A stretch of DNA of 63,827 nucleotides, filler included, from Stramenopiles sp. TOSAG23-2 (lineage: Eukaryota), in assembly GCA_900128395.1 (NCBI GenBank). It is 6 parts of 6 records of this genome, joined end to end, with 100 filler letters (N's around TTAATTAATTAA, not from the genome) between each part and the next. Parts side by side here need not be neighbours in the genome. Positions count along the whole stretch, not along the records: positions 1 to 12,456 come from LT649851.1; 5 more parts are not named here. The stretch is one strand, 5' to 3'. Below the pieces are notes generated by a model. It had not been told where the DNA came from. It did no database searches and was given only the letters and a program-made list of their open reading frames with translations. Each line of letters starts with the position of its first letter. Position 1 is the stretch's first letter. A program made the translations under genes and the position numbers. Positions 1 to 10,921 of this stretch are shown in pieces.

Positions 1-249
1 AACCTACTAGATGTGGACTTGGCACCTATGAAAATTTAGTATTCTTATTTGTACTTAAATAGACTATTTGAATTTTTTTTTGCGGATAAATTGTTTTTTT
101 GTATTTGAGTGTAAAATCGAAAATGGGAAAATATGGATTATAGCTAAATTTGTATTACATTAACAGCGCTTAGTTGTATTACCCAACTTTTCCGAACCAC
201 GTATTCAATTGGAATTGGATGAAAACATAAGTAATATTTTAGATGATGT

Positions 250-467
250 GTGGTGCTGTGCATCTTGTAAAATATTGATTTTGTATTTTCCACTTTGAGT
301 TGTTGCAAAATAATCGATATATACATCAAGTTGTCCCCAATAGTTTCAAATAGTGAATGTGGTGCTGTGCATCTTGTAAAATATTGATTTTGTATTTTCC
401 ACTTTGAGTTGTTGCAAAATAATCGATATATACATCAAGTTGTCCCCAATAGTTTCAAATAGTGAAT
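250..467. repeat. Perfect 109-bp tandem duplication (250-358 and 359-467)
   Basis: gtggtgctgtgcatcttg...caaatagtgaat occurs twice head-to-tail. Confidence 0.9.
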
Positions 468-1358
468 AGTGTTAAGTGCACAGTTTTGGGCGCTTTGCAT
501 ACCATACTGGCATATCGCACTTACTGCGGTCGTGAAAATGTAATATAGCACTGCGTTAATATTGTGATTATTTTCTACTATATTCTTTATCTTATGTCCA
601 TATTACCTTAAACTATTTATATTTCTCTACTTTATTTACTCAACTAAAACTACCTCATCATTATCATCAAAAATTATTATCACCTGTTAAGTGTTCGTAC
701 TATATAAAAAAACCTGTAGTGTAATTTCAGTAATTATTCCTAGTAAAATTACAAAAACTTTTTAACTTTAAACAAAAAAACGCGACTGTTAATAACGATT
801 ATTTATACTTTATTGTATACTAAAATCTCCTTCCTTCTATTAAATACAGGATAGTTGGTTGATAGGAAAATATTATAATATTGATATAAAAATATAAATT
901 AAATTTAGTACAAATCATAGTAGTATATTATATATTATACTTTAAGACTACGATTTATCCTGCGCTATTCACGTTTTGTATCTAAAGTGTTGGTCTCTTC
1001 TTCATCCATACTGTGTACCTGGTCATATATATATATACGAGGGAAGTGATATTATTAATATATAAATATATATGTGCATAGAAAGAAAGAAAAATAAAGA
1101 GAGCATCTTTACGAATATAAATCGACAACCTACAATCATTACATTATCGTCCATAGTTTCTCATATAAAACAACGCAGAAAATTTTTGTGATTTTTCGAT
1201 AATTATTTATTTATTTATTTGTAGATTTAGCATTTTTAATTTGGAGCGCCATTTTTGAAAGAAACTAAGAATTATTAATACATATACAACACAATATAAA
1301 TTACATACTATATACATACAATAATATAAATACATACTATATATATATATATACAAAT

Positions 1359-2855
1359 ATGAATTCTGATTGTGATACGAGTCTGGAAAATTTGTTTGAA
1401 GAAGGTGATGAAAAATGGTCCACAAAAGCAATTGCATTCAGATTAGGTAAAGACGTATTAGTATCCCCTAATATAATTAATACAGATGATTTACCTGAAG
1501 AAGACGTCGTTGATGCAAAAGGTGAGGAAGCAAAAACTAATGCTGATTTTAAATTCGAAACGGATGCAAAAGGCTGCCCTAAAGAATATAACAAGATCAA
1601 AGACATGCTTCCGAGCAATCATTTGAACAATATTGGACGTGAAAATCAATTATGGTTTAATCAATTTGATTTTGATCTCAACAACTCTGATGATACAAAC
1701 GCTGCTGATGATATTGACGAATTGCCAAATATTACGACATTCACGGTAACTGCTGAAGTAGATCAAGGAACAGAGATGTTTGAAAAAGAGGATGGTGAGG
1801 AATCTGAAGATGAATCTGAAGAACATACATTCGACAAATATGATACGGGATATGGATTAAACGATGGTGGAAAAGATGCAACTACTGTTGCAGCCCTTGG
1901 TAATCATGAAAATGATGATGCGAAAAAAGTGCTTGTTTCAGCAGTGAAAAGAAAATCATTGAAAGTGGTTTTTTTGTCAAGTGGTATGTCATCAACACAA
2001 ATTAAAAAGTATCCAAATGTTGTAGCAGCTATGAAAAAACCTGCAGTACCACCGCAAAGGATGTCTAATAATGAAAATAAGACCAAAACTAAAAATCCTA
2101 GTAAAAGAGGAAAGAAAAGAAAAAATAACATAACACCTTCATCGTCATCAGCATTAATTAAAAAAAAACAACAAAAAAAACCTAAAAAAACCCAAAAAAC
2201 AAAAAGTTGTGAAAAACAACAAACACCAACACCGCTGCAGTCAAAACCATCATATGGCGAGTTTAAAACACTTCCAGCAAAAGAAAAATTTTCTAAAAAA
2301 CAACTGGAATTTCAGCAAAAGTATAACATCGATGTTACATTATTACATTTAAAACAAAGTCAACCGACTGATACTGTTACTGGATTATACGACACGAAAG
2401 ATGTAGACGCTTTATTCCAGGGACGTTATGAAGATTATTTGATTCAAAAAGGTGTAATAAAAGTCTGTGATGTTAAAGCTTTAATAGCAACATGGGAAAA
2501 TTTTCCTAATAAAGCAACAATGCCAAAGGAACTGCAGCAAATTGATGTTCCAAAAAAAGGAAAATGGTCTATGAGTAACACGTTTACACAAAGGGAGAAA
2601 CAGATCATTGAAGAAGTTTATATATTATTATATGGACCTAGCTCTGGATGGGATGGTAAAAAAAATTTATCCGAGATAATTGCGTTATTTCTCGGCGGCG
2701 GACGTGGTGCTGCTCAAATTAATTCGCATCTCAAGAATGTTAGAGAAAGTGAATTACATAAGGAAAATAAAACGGGAATACGATCAACGCATCCATATAT
2801 GCGCTTTGCAAATTATAGGCTAAAGGTTTTTAACAACAGTATTTACCAAGCGTAA
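1359..2855 (+). CDS. Acidic/Lys-rich nuclear protein with C-terminal Myb/SANT-like helix-turn-helix
   Basis: 498-aa ORF; NLS-like KRGKKRK; FTQREKQII...YG...W...IIALFLGGGRGAAQINSHLK resembles SHAQKY/GARP-type Myb; coding-like sequence continues in shifted frames past the stop (about 2825-2973). Confidence 0.55.
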   Translation: MNSDCDTSLENLFEEGDEKWSTKAIAFRLGKDVLVSPNIINTDDLPEEDVVDAKGEEAKTNADFKFETDAKGCPKEYNKIKDMLPSNHLNNIGRENQLWFNQFDFDLNNSDDTNAADDIDELPNITTFTVTAEVDQGTEMFEKEDGEESEDESEEHTFDKYDTGYGLNDGGKDATTVAALGNHENDDAKKVLVSAVKRKSLKVVFLSSGMSSTQIKKYPNVVAAMKKPAVPPQRMSNNENKTKTKNPSKRGKKRKNNITPSSSSALIKKKQQKKPKKTQKTKSCEKQQTPTPLQSKPSYGEFKTLPAKEKFSKKQLEFQQKYNIDVTLLHLKQSQPTDTVTGLYDTKDVDALFQGRYEDYLIQKGVIKVCDVKALIATWENFPNKATMPKELQQIDVPKKGKWSMSNTFTQREKQIIEEVYILLYGPSSGWDGKKNLSEIIALFLGGGRGAAQINSHLKNVRESELHKENKTGIRSTHPYMRFANYRLKVFNNSIYQA

Positions 2856-3148
2856 ACAGCTGGTAGATAGCGTAGAAAGTGTGCGAAACAAGTGCAAAAA
2901 TTAATACAGAACCAGTTGATGATGCCATCATGGAGAAAGTTACTGTTATAAAAGAACCATGTCGTAGTAAATAAAATTAATATTAAAATATTCCGATTAA
3001 ATATTTTATGCATATTGTTTTCTTTTTTGTACATTTATAAGAGTATATTTTCTTAAAAAATGTTCTTTTCTAAAAATACTCGTACGAATTTTTCTTCTGT
3101 TACTATATCGCCGGAGATTAAAAATTTCAGAACACTTTACCCTCTCCT

Positions 3149-4330
3149 TCACTTCATCCACCAATAATCTTTTCCTTTCGTTAATGTTTTTATATTACCT
3201 TTATGCGTTCGTGCATAGCAATGTGTCTTCGTCTCTCTTGATGCAATTAAAATTCCAAAACATATATGGCCACCAAATTTCCATGCAACATTTCCCTTTG
3301 TAAGAGTTTTCGCCCCCACTTTTGGTTGTTCCTTTGATGAACTGTTTTCAACTTTTTTCGTTTCTTTTTTCACCTTTTCAGTTTTTAAAGCAGCAGCAGC
3401 AGTAATTTTCGAATTTTTACGAGATTTAAATGTACTACTACTTTTTTTCTCTTTAATATTATCAAACATTTTCTTGATTTCTTTTTGTTCCTTTTCTGAT
3501 AATTTATTAGTATAACCATCTAGTTCTTCATACCAATTTTTATTTGGCATTTTTGATACAAACTCAGAAAGTGGATGAAGTAATGTTGTAGCATGATCCA
3601 ATGATACCCATGATGTTGCTGTATGACTACGAAATCCAATACGCAGATCTCCAACATTAAATGGAATACTAGAAAATTTACATTTCGTTCGCGAATTAGA
3701 TGCAATATCCATTTTAATATTATGTAAAAAACATGTTGGATGTTGCCACGTGACAGAATTACGCCCCATAATCCAGGCTTTCATCCCTACACGCAATTCA
3801 TCTTTTTCAATTTGCTCCATGCATTTTCGACAACGAGATCTGCCAGTTTTTGCATTTTCAATTTTAATCACATCGTTTACAGTTGCGACAGTTGGAGCTG
3901 CTGTAGATTTATCCTCCTTGGTTGTAGACTTTTTCTTCTTTCCGTTTGTTCTTCTTCTTCGTTTAATAGGATATGGAATAGAATCATCACTATAGTCTGA
4001 TGTGTCACCACCATTATCATCACTATCATATTCACTTTCAATACTATAATCTGAGAAATTGTCATTACCAATTATACGTATAGTATCTTCTTTGTAATCT
4101 TTTGCAGGAACATTTTTTAATCTCTTTGATGTACGCAATGGTCCTTTTGCTTTGATTTCTTTTTTACGCTTGATCGTGCTTTGCTTCCTTTTTCTGGTTT
4201 GTTGTTTAATTTGTTTTTGCATTTCCACTTTTGTTTCTTTCAAACCTAATTTTTTTAATTTTTCATTATTACGTTGAATATTTTGTAAACGTAATATTTC
4301 ATATTCAGACAAACCATTTGTATATTGCAT
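3149..4330 (-). CDS. PARP-type zinc finger protein (one canonical, one degenerate finger), no catalytic PARP domain
   Basis: IENAKTGRSRCRKC...LRVG...WQHPTCF is a zf-PARP CCHC; second copy ASNSRTKCKFS...LRIG; N-terminal LSEYEILRLQNIQRNNEKLKKLGL motif; ATG at 4330 preferred to the TTG at 4408. Confidence 0.8.
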   Translation of the reverse strand: MQYTNGLSEYEILRLQNIQRNNEKLKKLGLKETKVEMQKQIKQQTRKRKQSTIKRKKEIKAKGPLRTSKRLKNVPAKDYKEDTIRIIGNDNFSDYSIESEYDSDDNGGDTSDYSDDSIPYPIKRRRRTNGKKKKSTTKEDKSTAAPTVATVNDVIKIENAKTGRSRCRKCMEQIEKDELRVGMKAWIMGRNSVTWQHPTCFLHNIKMDIASNSRTKCKFSSIPFNVGDLRIGFRSHTATSWVSLDHATTLLHPLSEFVSKMPNKNWYEELDGYTNKLSEKEQKEIKKMFDNIKEKKSSSTFKSRKNSKITAAAALKTEKVKKETKKVENSSSKEQPKVGAKTLTKGNVAWKFGGHICFGILIASRETKTHCYARTHKGNIKTLTKGKDYWWMK

Positions 4331-5503
4331 GTTGATAATAAATAATGTAAAATAAAATATAATCAATAACGAGACACGTGATGCTGTATGAAATATTTTT
4401 ATATACAAATTGTTATGGAAGTAAATGATCGATACGTATCTACAATTTGATGATCTATTTCTATATGCTTATATATATATTTGGTTTGCGAAAAATTCTA
4501 ATTCAACAACCAATGGTATGTACCTGCTACATCTTACATTTTTTTTGGAAAAAAATCATCAAGGTGTGTTTTTTGTTCCTTATAGAACATTTTCGCGTGG
4601 GCAAAAACAAAATACATGCAAATAGAATTGGTTTCCATTAGACTACTATTATAATATACCGACAAAAATCCTATATATAATCACCTCAGTATAACGACCG
4701 TATCCAAAACATCCAACATAACATTCCCAAAAAGATATGTATATATGTCATTTGTATACATGTACATATATATATATACAAAGTAGAAGAGAGATATGAT
4801 GTATATTTATTCATACGTATTAATTCCAACACTTTTATATTTTATTCATTTATATATAGAGAGAGATAGATAAACAGATACAGATAGAGAGATACAATGC
4901 ATGATAAAAAATACCATCTTACATATATGTTCATATTAAGTTTATTGGGAATGATTTAAAACAACATAAACGTGATTATCCATTTATAAAATGCGATTTG
5001 ATAATCATTCATAATAACCAAAACAATGACAACGACGACGACAACGGTGGTGGTGAGACGATACATACTAAATATCAAGATATCGATCTTTTTACACATG
5101 ACATGAAAAACAAGACAATCTTTTTAGAAATCAATACATTTACTAATGGAACTTTGATTGGAAAGGAGCGATTTTATAAATTATCATGAGAAAAGGTGTG
5201 AGAAGGGCGGGTGGACGAGACGAAGGCTGGGAGATTTAGGATTCTTAAGACTACTATATATTTGTACTTCAGAGGCCACAAAATCCGCGTGAAAAGACAA
5301 CAACAAACAACAACAAAAACAAAAAATGAATCACAAAAAAAAAATTCAAATTATAAAAGTTAAAAGTAAAATTAAACTTTCAGTTTGTGTAACATTTTTT
5401 TACAATCCTATATATATAAGAAAAAAAAGATAAAGAGTCTACAAAAAAGAATCACGTAGAGTAAATATAATAAGAATAATAAGTTTTGGAAAAAGTAGAA
5501 GAA

Positions 5504-6151
5504 ATGGCAGGAGAAAAACAACAACAAGCTGGACAAGGTGGAAGTAAATGTAGTTGTAAATTTTCAAGTACGGAAGCTATGTTTATTATGAATATTTTGG
5601 ACCTGTTTGTAGCAATTTGTATGGTATGGCGCGGCGTACAATTGATCATGTCAGGACAATTTGATTACGTTATCCGTGGCATTTGGACTGTATTGATTGG
5701 TGCTGTATTGGTAGTCATGGTTTTCTTTGTCTTCCAGATTTTATATTCATATTTCAAATTCTTGCTTACCTTTTTAGGTAGAGGTTTGCTTTATATGTTT
5801 TTCGCAAGTGTCATTGGCTCAGCAGCAGATACTTTCGGCGTTATCATATATTTTGGATTTTATATAATCGGTGGCATCAATGTATTCGCTCAATTTGGGG
5901 GTTTATGCGGCTGCTTTCCATTGAGATACCCACGACCATTCTTCATGTCTGGAGTCAATATTGGTGGTCAACAAATGGGTGTGAACTATGAATCTGACGC
6001 TGTTAAAAAGAGTTTTGCGGAAGATGATGGTAGTGATTTTGGCACAGGTGGTGGTGGCGGTGTTGAAGTCACAGATAGCAAAGGAAAGCAAGACGAGTTA
6101 CGAAATCCATTTGAGGACAGTGGTGGTGCATACGGTGGTAGAAATGCTTAA
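5504..6151 (+). CDS. COPI-associated Golgi membrane protein (Tvp15-like)
   Basis: Several TM helices and YFKFLLTFLGRGLLYMF motif; acidic tail with NPF; first ATG at 5504. Confidence 0.7.
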   Translation: MAGEKQQQAGQGGSKCSCKFSSTEAMFIMNILDLFVAICMVWRGVQLIMSGQFDYVIRGIWTVLIGAVLVVMVFFVFQILYSYFKFLLTFLGRGLLYMFFASVIGSAADTFGVIIYFGFYIIGGINVFAQFGGLCGCFPLRYPRPFFMSGVNIGGQQMGVNYESDAVKKSFAEDDGSDFGTGGGGGVEVTDSKGKQDELRNPFEDSGGAYGGRNA

Positions 6152-6627
6152 ATTATATATGTATATGTATATATATATATAAATATATGAATTAAAACAT
6201 CATGAAATATTCACATTTGTGTACTTTAGAACAATAGGAAAAATAGAGTGTGTTTGTTTATTATCATGGGTTTCATAATATATATATATATATATATATA
6301 AAGATGGTTAAAATCTAAAGTTATAAAAATATACATTATGTGTGTTTGTTTTTAATCAATTTTATGGGTTTTATAAAGATGGTTAAAAATCTAAGAGTTA
6401 TATAATATATATATATACCACAACAGGGAAAGTAGTGCGTGTAACAATAAAAGAAAATATAAATTTTAAAAATATTAACATGAGATATAGATCTATATCA
6501 TATCGGTATTTTCTTAGTTTTAATAGAAGGTGTATGCATATGCATATGATATGTATGATAAAATAACTTCTTCCTATCATCTTCTCGCATATATATACGT
6601 ATAATATGATGTGTAATATATGTGTAA

Positions 6628-8394
6628 TCATGCAAAAGCACGTGGACTATCTACATCTGTATTTGGTGGTACAATAGTCAATTTTGTAGATGGTGGAATA
6701 GGAATTGCATTTGATGTTGTTCCAACTTGATTATCATTTACATTATTATTATTTCTCATTGGCTTTTTGATTTTTAATCCTAATAATGACGAAGTACTTT
6801 TCTGTTGTTTATTTGAATTATTGTTATTATATTTAATAACTGATTTTCGTACTACTTTGCTCAATATACCACCACTTAATGCAATTTCTTTTTCTGAAAT
6901 ATATGCACCATTTTTTTCTAACAATTTCAATGCTTTCGCACCTTTAGTTGAACCAGAGATGCATGCACTTCCATTCAATAAAGACAATAAAGGACTTTCA
7001 ACATTGTCATCAGCAACACTATTAATCATAGCACGTTTTCCATATTGAATCAACACTTCAATAATAGGTAATGACAATCGTTGGGAATTTGCTTCGCATG
7101 CTACATGTAATGCATTTTTACCATCTGTTTCACGTTTATATAAAGGGCCAGCACCTAATTTTAATAACGTCTCCACAATTTCCACATTTTGCCCCTTCGA
7201 TGCATGAATTAAAATAGAATCACCAGTCGAATCACAAACGTCTAAATCACAATTATATTTTGCTAAAATTTGAATACATTCAATTACAATTTGAACTACA
7301 TCTTTCGCATCATTCTCCTGTTGTTGTGATAATTCCTCCTGTTGCTGTTGTTGTTGGCGATATCTCCTATTTTTATTACGATAATTTGAATATATTGATG
7401 AATCAATACACATGTAAATAGGTGTTTTATCCTCTAAATCTCGAACAGCATGATCTGCACCATTTTTCAACAATAATTCCAATACATCTGGATGTCCATA
7501 ATATGCCGCACAATGCAATGGTGAAAATAAATTGTGATCAGTTAAGTTGATATCAAATGCATTTAAATCCAATAAATATTGAACTATATCAATATGTCCA
7601 TATGCAGATGCATAATGTAAAATAGATGCACCATCTTCATCAACAGATAGCATTTCATGTAATTGATGTACGCGAGCCTTTACTTTAGCCCAACCAATTG
7701 ATGATGGCGTATTGTTTTTTTCCTCATTATGATCATTATTATTATTATTGTGAAGGTTATTGTATAAAATTAGATGTTCTTGTAATTTTTTTAAACTATT
7801 TAAATTTCCATGTATCGAATGGAAAAAGATAGTATCTGTTGAAAATTGATGATGCCAGCCATATGCTTGATTTGGTGTATATGCTTGTAAGTTTGAAATA
7901 GCTCTACGTAATTCCAACACCCAACGATGTTTCGTATTCCAAGAATTTGTCCTAAAGACGAAATTACGACCATAGTCAGGTGCATTTAATCGAAAATCAT
8001 GATATAAATGTTTATCTTTATTATCCTCGTCATTATTATCATTATCATAAAATAAATCAGATATTGTAGTATTTTGCAATGCAACGACTTGGCGTACTTG
8101 CAATCTTTCTTGTCTTTCTTCTTTTGTAATTATAAGCATATCAGCAAGTAAAAAGCAATATCTCCGATTTTGCCGTGTAAAAAAACTTTCAGTACCTAAC
8201 TTTGTTAATGCCCCATGAAAGATTATATTTCTACTATTATTATTATTTACATTATTATTATTACTTGTAGCATTTGTTGGAAACAATAAGTTTCTATCAT
8301 GTTTATTTGAAAATATCAAACGATTTTTAATATGTTGCAAGTTCAACGCAGTTGTTGGTTGGTGGTAATACGATGATGACTTTTCCTCCGTCAT
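6628..8394 (-). CDS. PH domain plus ankyrin repeat protein
   Basis: HGALTKL...RRYCFLLADMLII...KHRWVLELRRAI (PH); SILHYASAYGH, SPLHCAAYYGH, NALHVAC (ankyrin). Confidence 0.85.
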   Translation of the reverse strand: MTEEKSSSYYHQPTTALNLQHIKNRLIFSNKHDRNLLFPTNATSNNNNVNNNNSRNIIFHGALTKLGTESFFTRQNRRYCFLLADMLIITKEERQERLQVRQVVALQNTTISDLFYDNDNNDEDNKDKHLYHDFRLNAPDYGRNFVFRTNSWNTKHRWVLELRRAISNLQAYTPNQAYGWHHQFSTDTIFFHSIHGNLNSLKKLQEHLILYNNLHNNNNNDHNEEKNNTPSSIGWAKVKARVHQLHEMLSVDEDGASILHYASAYGHIDIVQYLLDLNAFDINLTDHNLFSPLHCAAYYGHPDVLELLLKNGADHAVRDLEDKTPIYMCIDSSIYSNYRNKNRRYRQQQQQQEELSQQQENDAKDVVQIVIECIQILAKYNCDLDVCDSTGDSILIHASKGQNVEIVETLLKLGAGPLYKRETDGKNALHVACEANSQRLSLPIIEVLIQYGKRAMINSVADDNVESPLLSLLNGSACISGSTKGAKALKLLEKNGAYISEKEIALSGGILSKVVRKSVIKYNNNNSNKQQKSTSSLLGLKIKKPMRNNNNVNDNQVGTTSNAIPIPPSTKLTIVPPNTDVDSPRAFA

Positions 8395-8616
8395 TTGTAA
8401 AGTATTGGTTATATGATATTGATATTTTCTTCTTTTTTACTTTTAGTAGTTTTTATTAGTTTTTTTTTTGAGCGTTAATTATATAATACAAACGTAAGAC
8501 GTGTAAAACACAAAAAGAGTGTGTGTGTGTCCTATATTCTGTTTTCTAAAAGCACTTTTACACACAATATATTTGTTTTACAAAAAAATTATACACTCAA
8601 CACACTATCTCTAGTT

Positions 8617-10083
8617 CTACATCATATTCATTCGTTCCTCATATACAACTTTCATTTCCTTTACTCTTTTTTCCAATGCATCCACACATGTTTTACGCTC
8701 ACTTAAAATTTTGTTTTCTTTTTTTAATCGTATATCTTCCTCCTCATTCAATTCACGTTGTGTCTCACAATCTTCACCAAATTGTTGTAAATTCCTATCT
8801 AAATTTTTCAATCGATTTTTTTCTTTATCCAATTTCATTTGTTTTAAATTCAATTCTATTTCAAATTTTTTACATTTCTTTTCTTTTTCTTTACATGTTT
8901 CTTCCCGTATTTTCAACTCTTTTAACAATCGATCTACTTCTTCACGATCAGTTGTTAATGTATTTTTCATATTATTTGATTCCAATAAATTTTTTTCAAT
9001 TTCATCTTCTTTTTCTTTTATTGCATTTATTCGTACATCATATCCTTGTTTTAAAATGTTAAATTTTTTCTCTTCAATATTAAATTTATTAATACGTTCA
9101 GATAATTTTTCTTTTTCCACTTTATTTACATCTCTCATTTCTTGATTACATCGTTGTGCAGCTTTAATTAATTCTTTTTCTTCATTGACTTTTTTCAATG
9201 CATTTTCTGCTTTCAATGTAATTTCTTTTGCTTCGTTTTCACGTTGTGTTATTGTAGCATATTGTATATCTAATGATTTTTTCTTCTCATCAACTTCATT
9301 TTTTCTTTCAATATAAGCTTTGACTAACAATTCATGCTCTTGTTCTTTTATGATTAATTGTTGTTCTTTCATATTTATTACATTCATTTTTTCTTGCATT
9401 GTTTTCAATTTATTTTGTATTTTTAACATATTTTGTTCCATTTCTTTTACGTTTAATTCTGCATTTTTTACATTTTCCATTGCTTTTTTTTCTCGTTTCT
9501 CCATTTCCTTTAATTCATAAAAGGCATGATCTTTATCTTCTTTTTCTCGTAAATATTTTTTAGAATATTCTTCAATTTGGCGATTGTTTTCTTCCTTTGT
9601 TGTATCCCTTTTTGATGCTTCTTCTGCTAATTCAGTAATTTTAGCTGCAACTTCTTTTTGATGTTCCGTTAAACGCCTACGTATCGCATCCAATTTTTGC
9701 CTTTCAATAATTAATTCATCTTTTTCTTTTACTAATAATTTCTCACCTTGCCTAAGTAAAGTGATTTTTTCATTTAAAGATTCATTTCTTGAATCATAAT
9801 CAATTTGTGCAATTTTTAATCTTTTTTGCCATTCCTCCAATTCTTGAAACTTTTTCGTTAATCTATCTTCACGACTATTAAATAATTGATGCATTTGTGC
9901 TTGCTCTCGAAACTCTGGCCCACCACTATTATTATTATTGTTGTTGTTATTATCCTGACTAAATTGTTGCTTATCTGCTACATTATTATAAGACGACGTT
10001 GATGCTACATATTTTTTTATTTTTTTATTATTGTTACTTGAACGTTTGTTCTTATTTCTTTTTTTCGATATTATTGATGTCAT
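8617..10083 (-). CDS. Long coiled-coil protein, function unknown
   Basis: 488-aa E/K/Q-rich heptad ORF. Confidence 0.75.
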   Translation of the reverse strand: MTSIISKKRNKNKRSSNNNKKIKKYVASTSSYNNVADKQQFSQDNNNNNNNNSGGPEFREQAQMHQLFNSREDRLTKKFQELEEWQKRLKIAQIDYDSRNESLNEKITLLRQGEKLLVKEKDELIIERQKLDAIRRRLTEHQKEVAAKITELAEEASKRDTTKEENNRQIEEYSKKYLREKEDKDHAFYELKEMEKREKKAMENVKNAELNVKEMEQNMLKIQNKLKTMQEKMNVINMKEQQLIIKEQEHELLVKAYIERKNEVDEKKKSLDIQYATITQRENEAKEITLKAENALKKVNEEKELIKAAQRCNQEMRDVNKVEKEKLSERINKFNIEEKKFNILKQGYDVRINAIKEKEDEIEKNLLESNNMKNTLTTDREEVDRLLKELKIREETCKEKEKKCKKFEIELNLKQMKLDKEKNRLKNLDRNLQQFGEDCETQRELNEEEDIRLKKENKILSERKTCVDALEKRVKEMKVVYEERMNMM

Positions 10084-10226
10084 CGTTTGATATATATATA
10101 TGCAGATGAGATAAAATCTGGATACTTTCTTACTATCTATTATTTGGGTTGGATGAGTGTATGTGACATATAATAAATTTATATATAAAAATATATATTA
10201 TTGAAATTATTATAACGTCTTTGTTT

Positions 10227-10610
10227 GGCAGAGGCTGGAAAAGTGGAATCGTATTTTAGGTATTATTTGTCTACTAATTAGTATATTAACAAGTATAAAA
10301 TTATACTATCAAAAAGCATCTGTCCGGACAGATGCCGGACAGATGCCGGACAGATGCTCTTTTTTCAATACTGTGTAGTGTTAAAACCATGATCACATAT
10401 TTAACTACACTTTTATATAGTTAAATTAGAATACTAATTTAACATAATGGTTTTAACACTACACAGTATTGAAAAAAGAGCATCTGTCCGGCATCTGTCC
10501 GGCATCTGTCCGGACAGATGCTTTTTGATAGTATAATTTTATACTTGTTAATATACTAATTAGTAGACAAATAATACCTAAAATACGATTCCACTTTTCC
10601 AGCCTCTGCC
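10227..10610. mobile_element. 384-bp fold-back (MITE-like) element with 164-bp inverted arms
   Basis: 10227-10390 is the reverse complement of 10447-10610; 56-bp spacer; no TSD found, so mobility is unproven. Confidence 0.6.
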
Positions 10611-10921
10611 TGCCTTAGCCTGGTATGTAATATTTAAAGTATGAACCAATGTTAACTCAAAAATTAATATAACTTAGATTTTAACCATCAATATAAATAA
10701 TAAAAAATTCTCTTATATTTAAATAATATTGATTTTATAATAATATACGCGTATTATTTTAAAAAATATAATTTAATTTAAAATATATAATAATATTTAA
10801 AAATATTTTTTATATACTAATACGAGTCGTATGTATTTTGTAATTTTATATAAAAAAATATTATAAAAAAATATTTTTTTTAATATATATACACAAACAC
10901 GCGCTTTTAATGAGACCCTTT

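Noticed and set aside
4901-5189. Small ORF or gene remnant
   Set aside because: Needs a frameshift to reach an ATG and has no recognisable motif
10315-10520. CCGGACAGATG repeats as a CRISPR array
   Set aside because: No spacers, no cas genes, eukaryotic context
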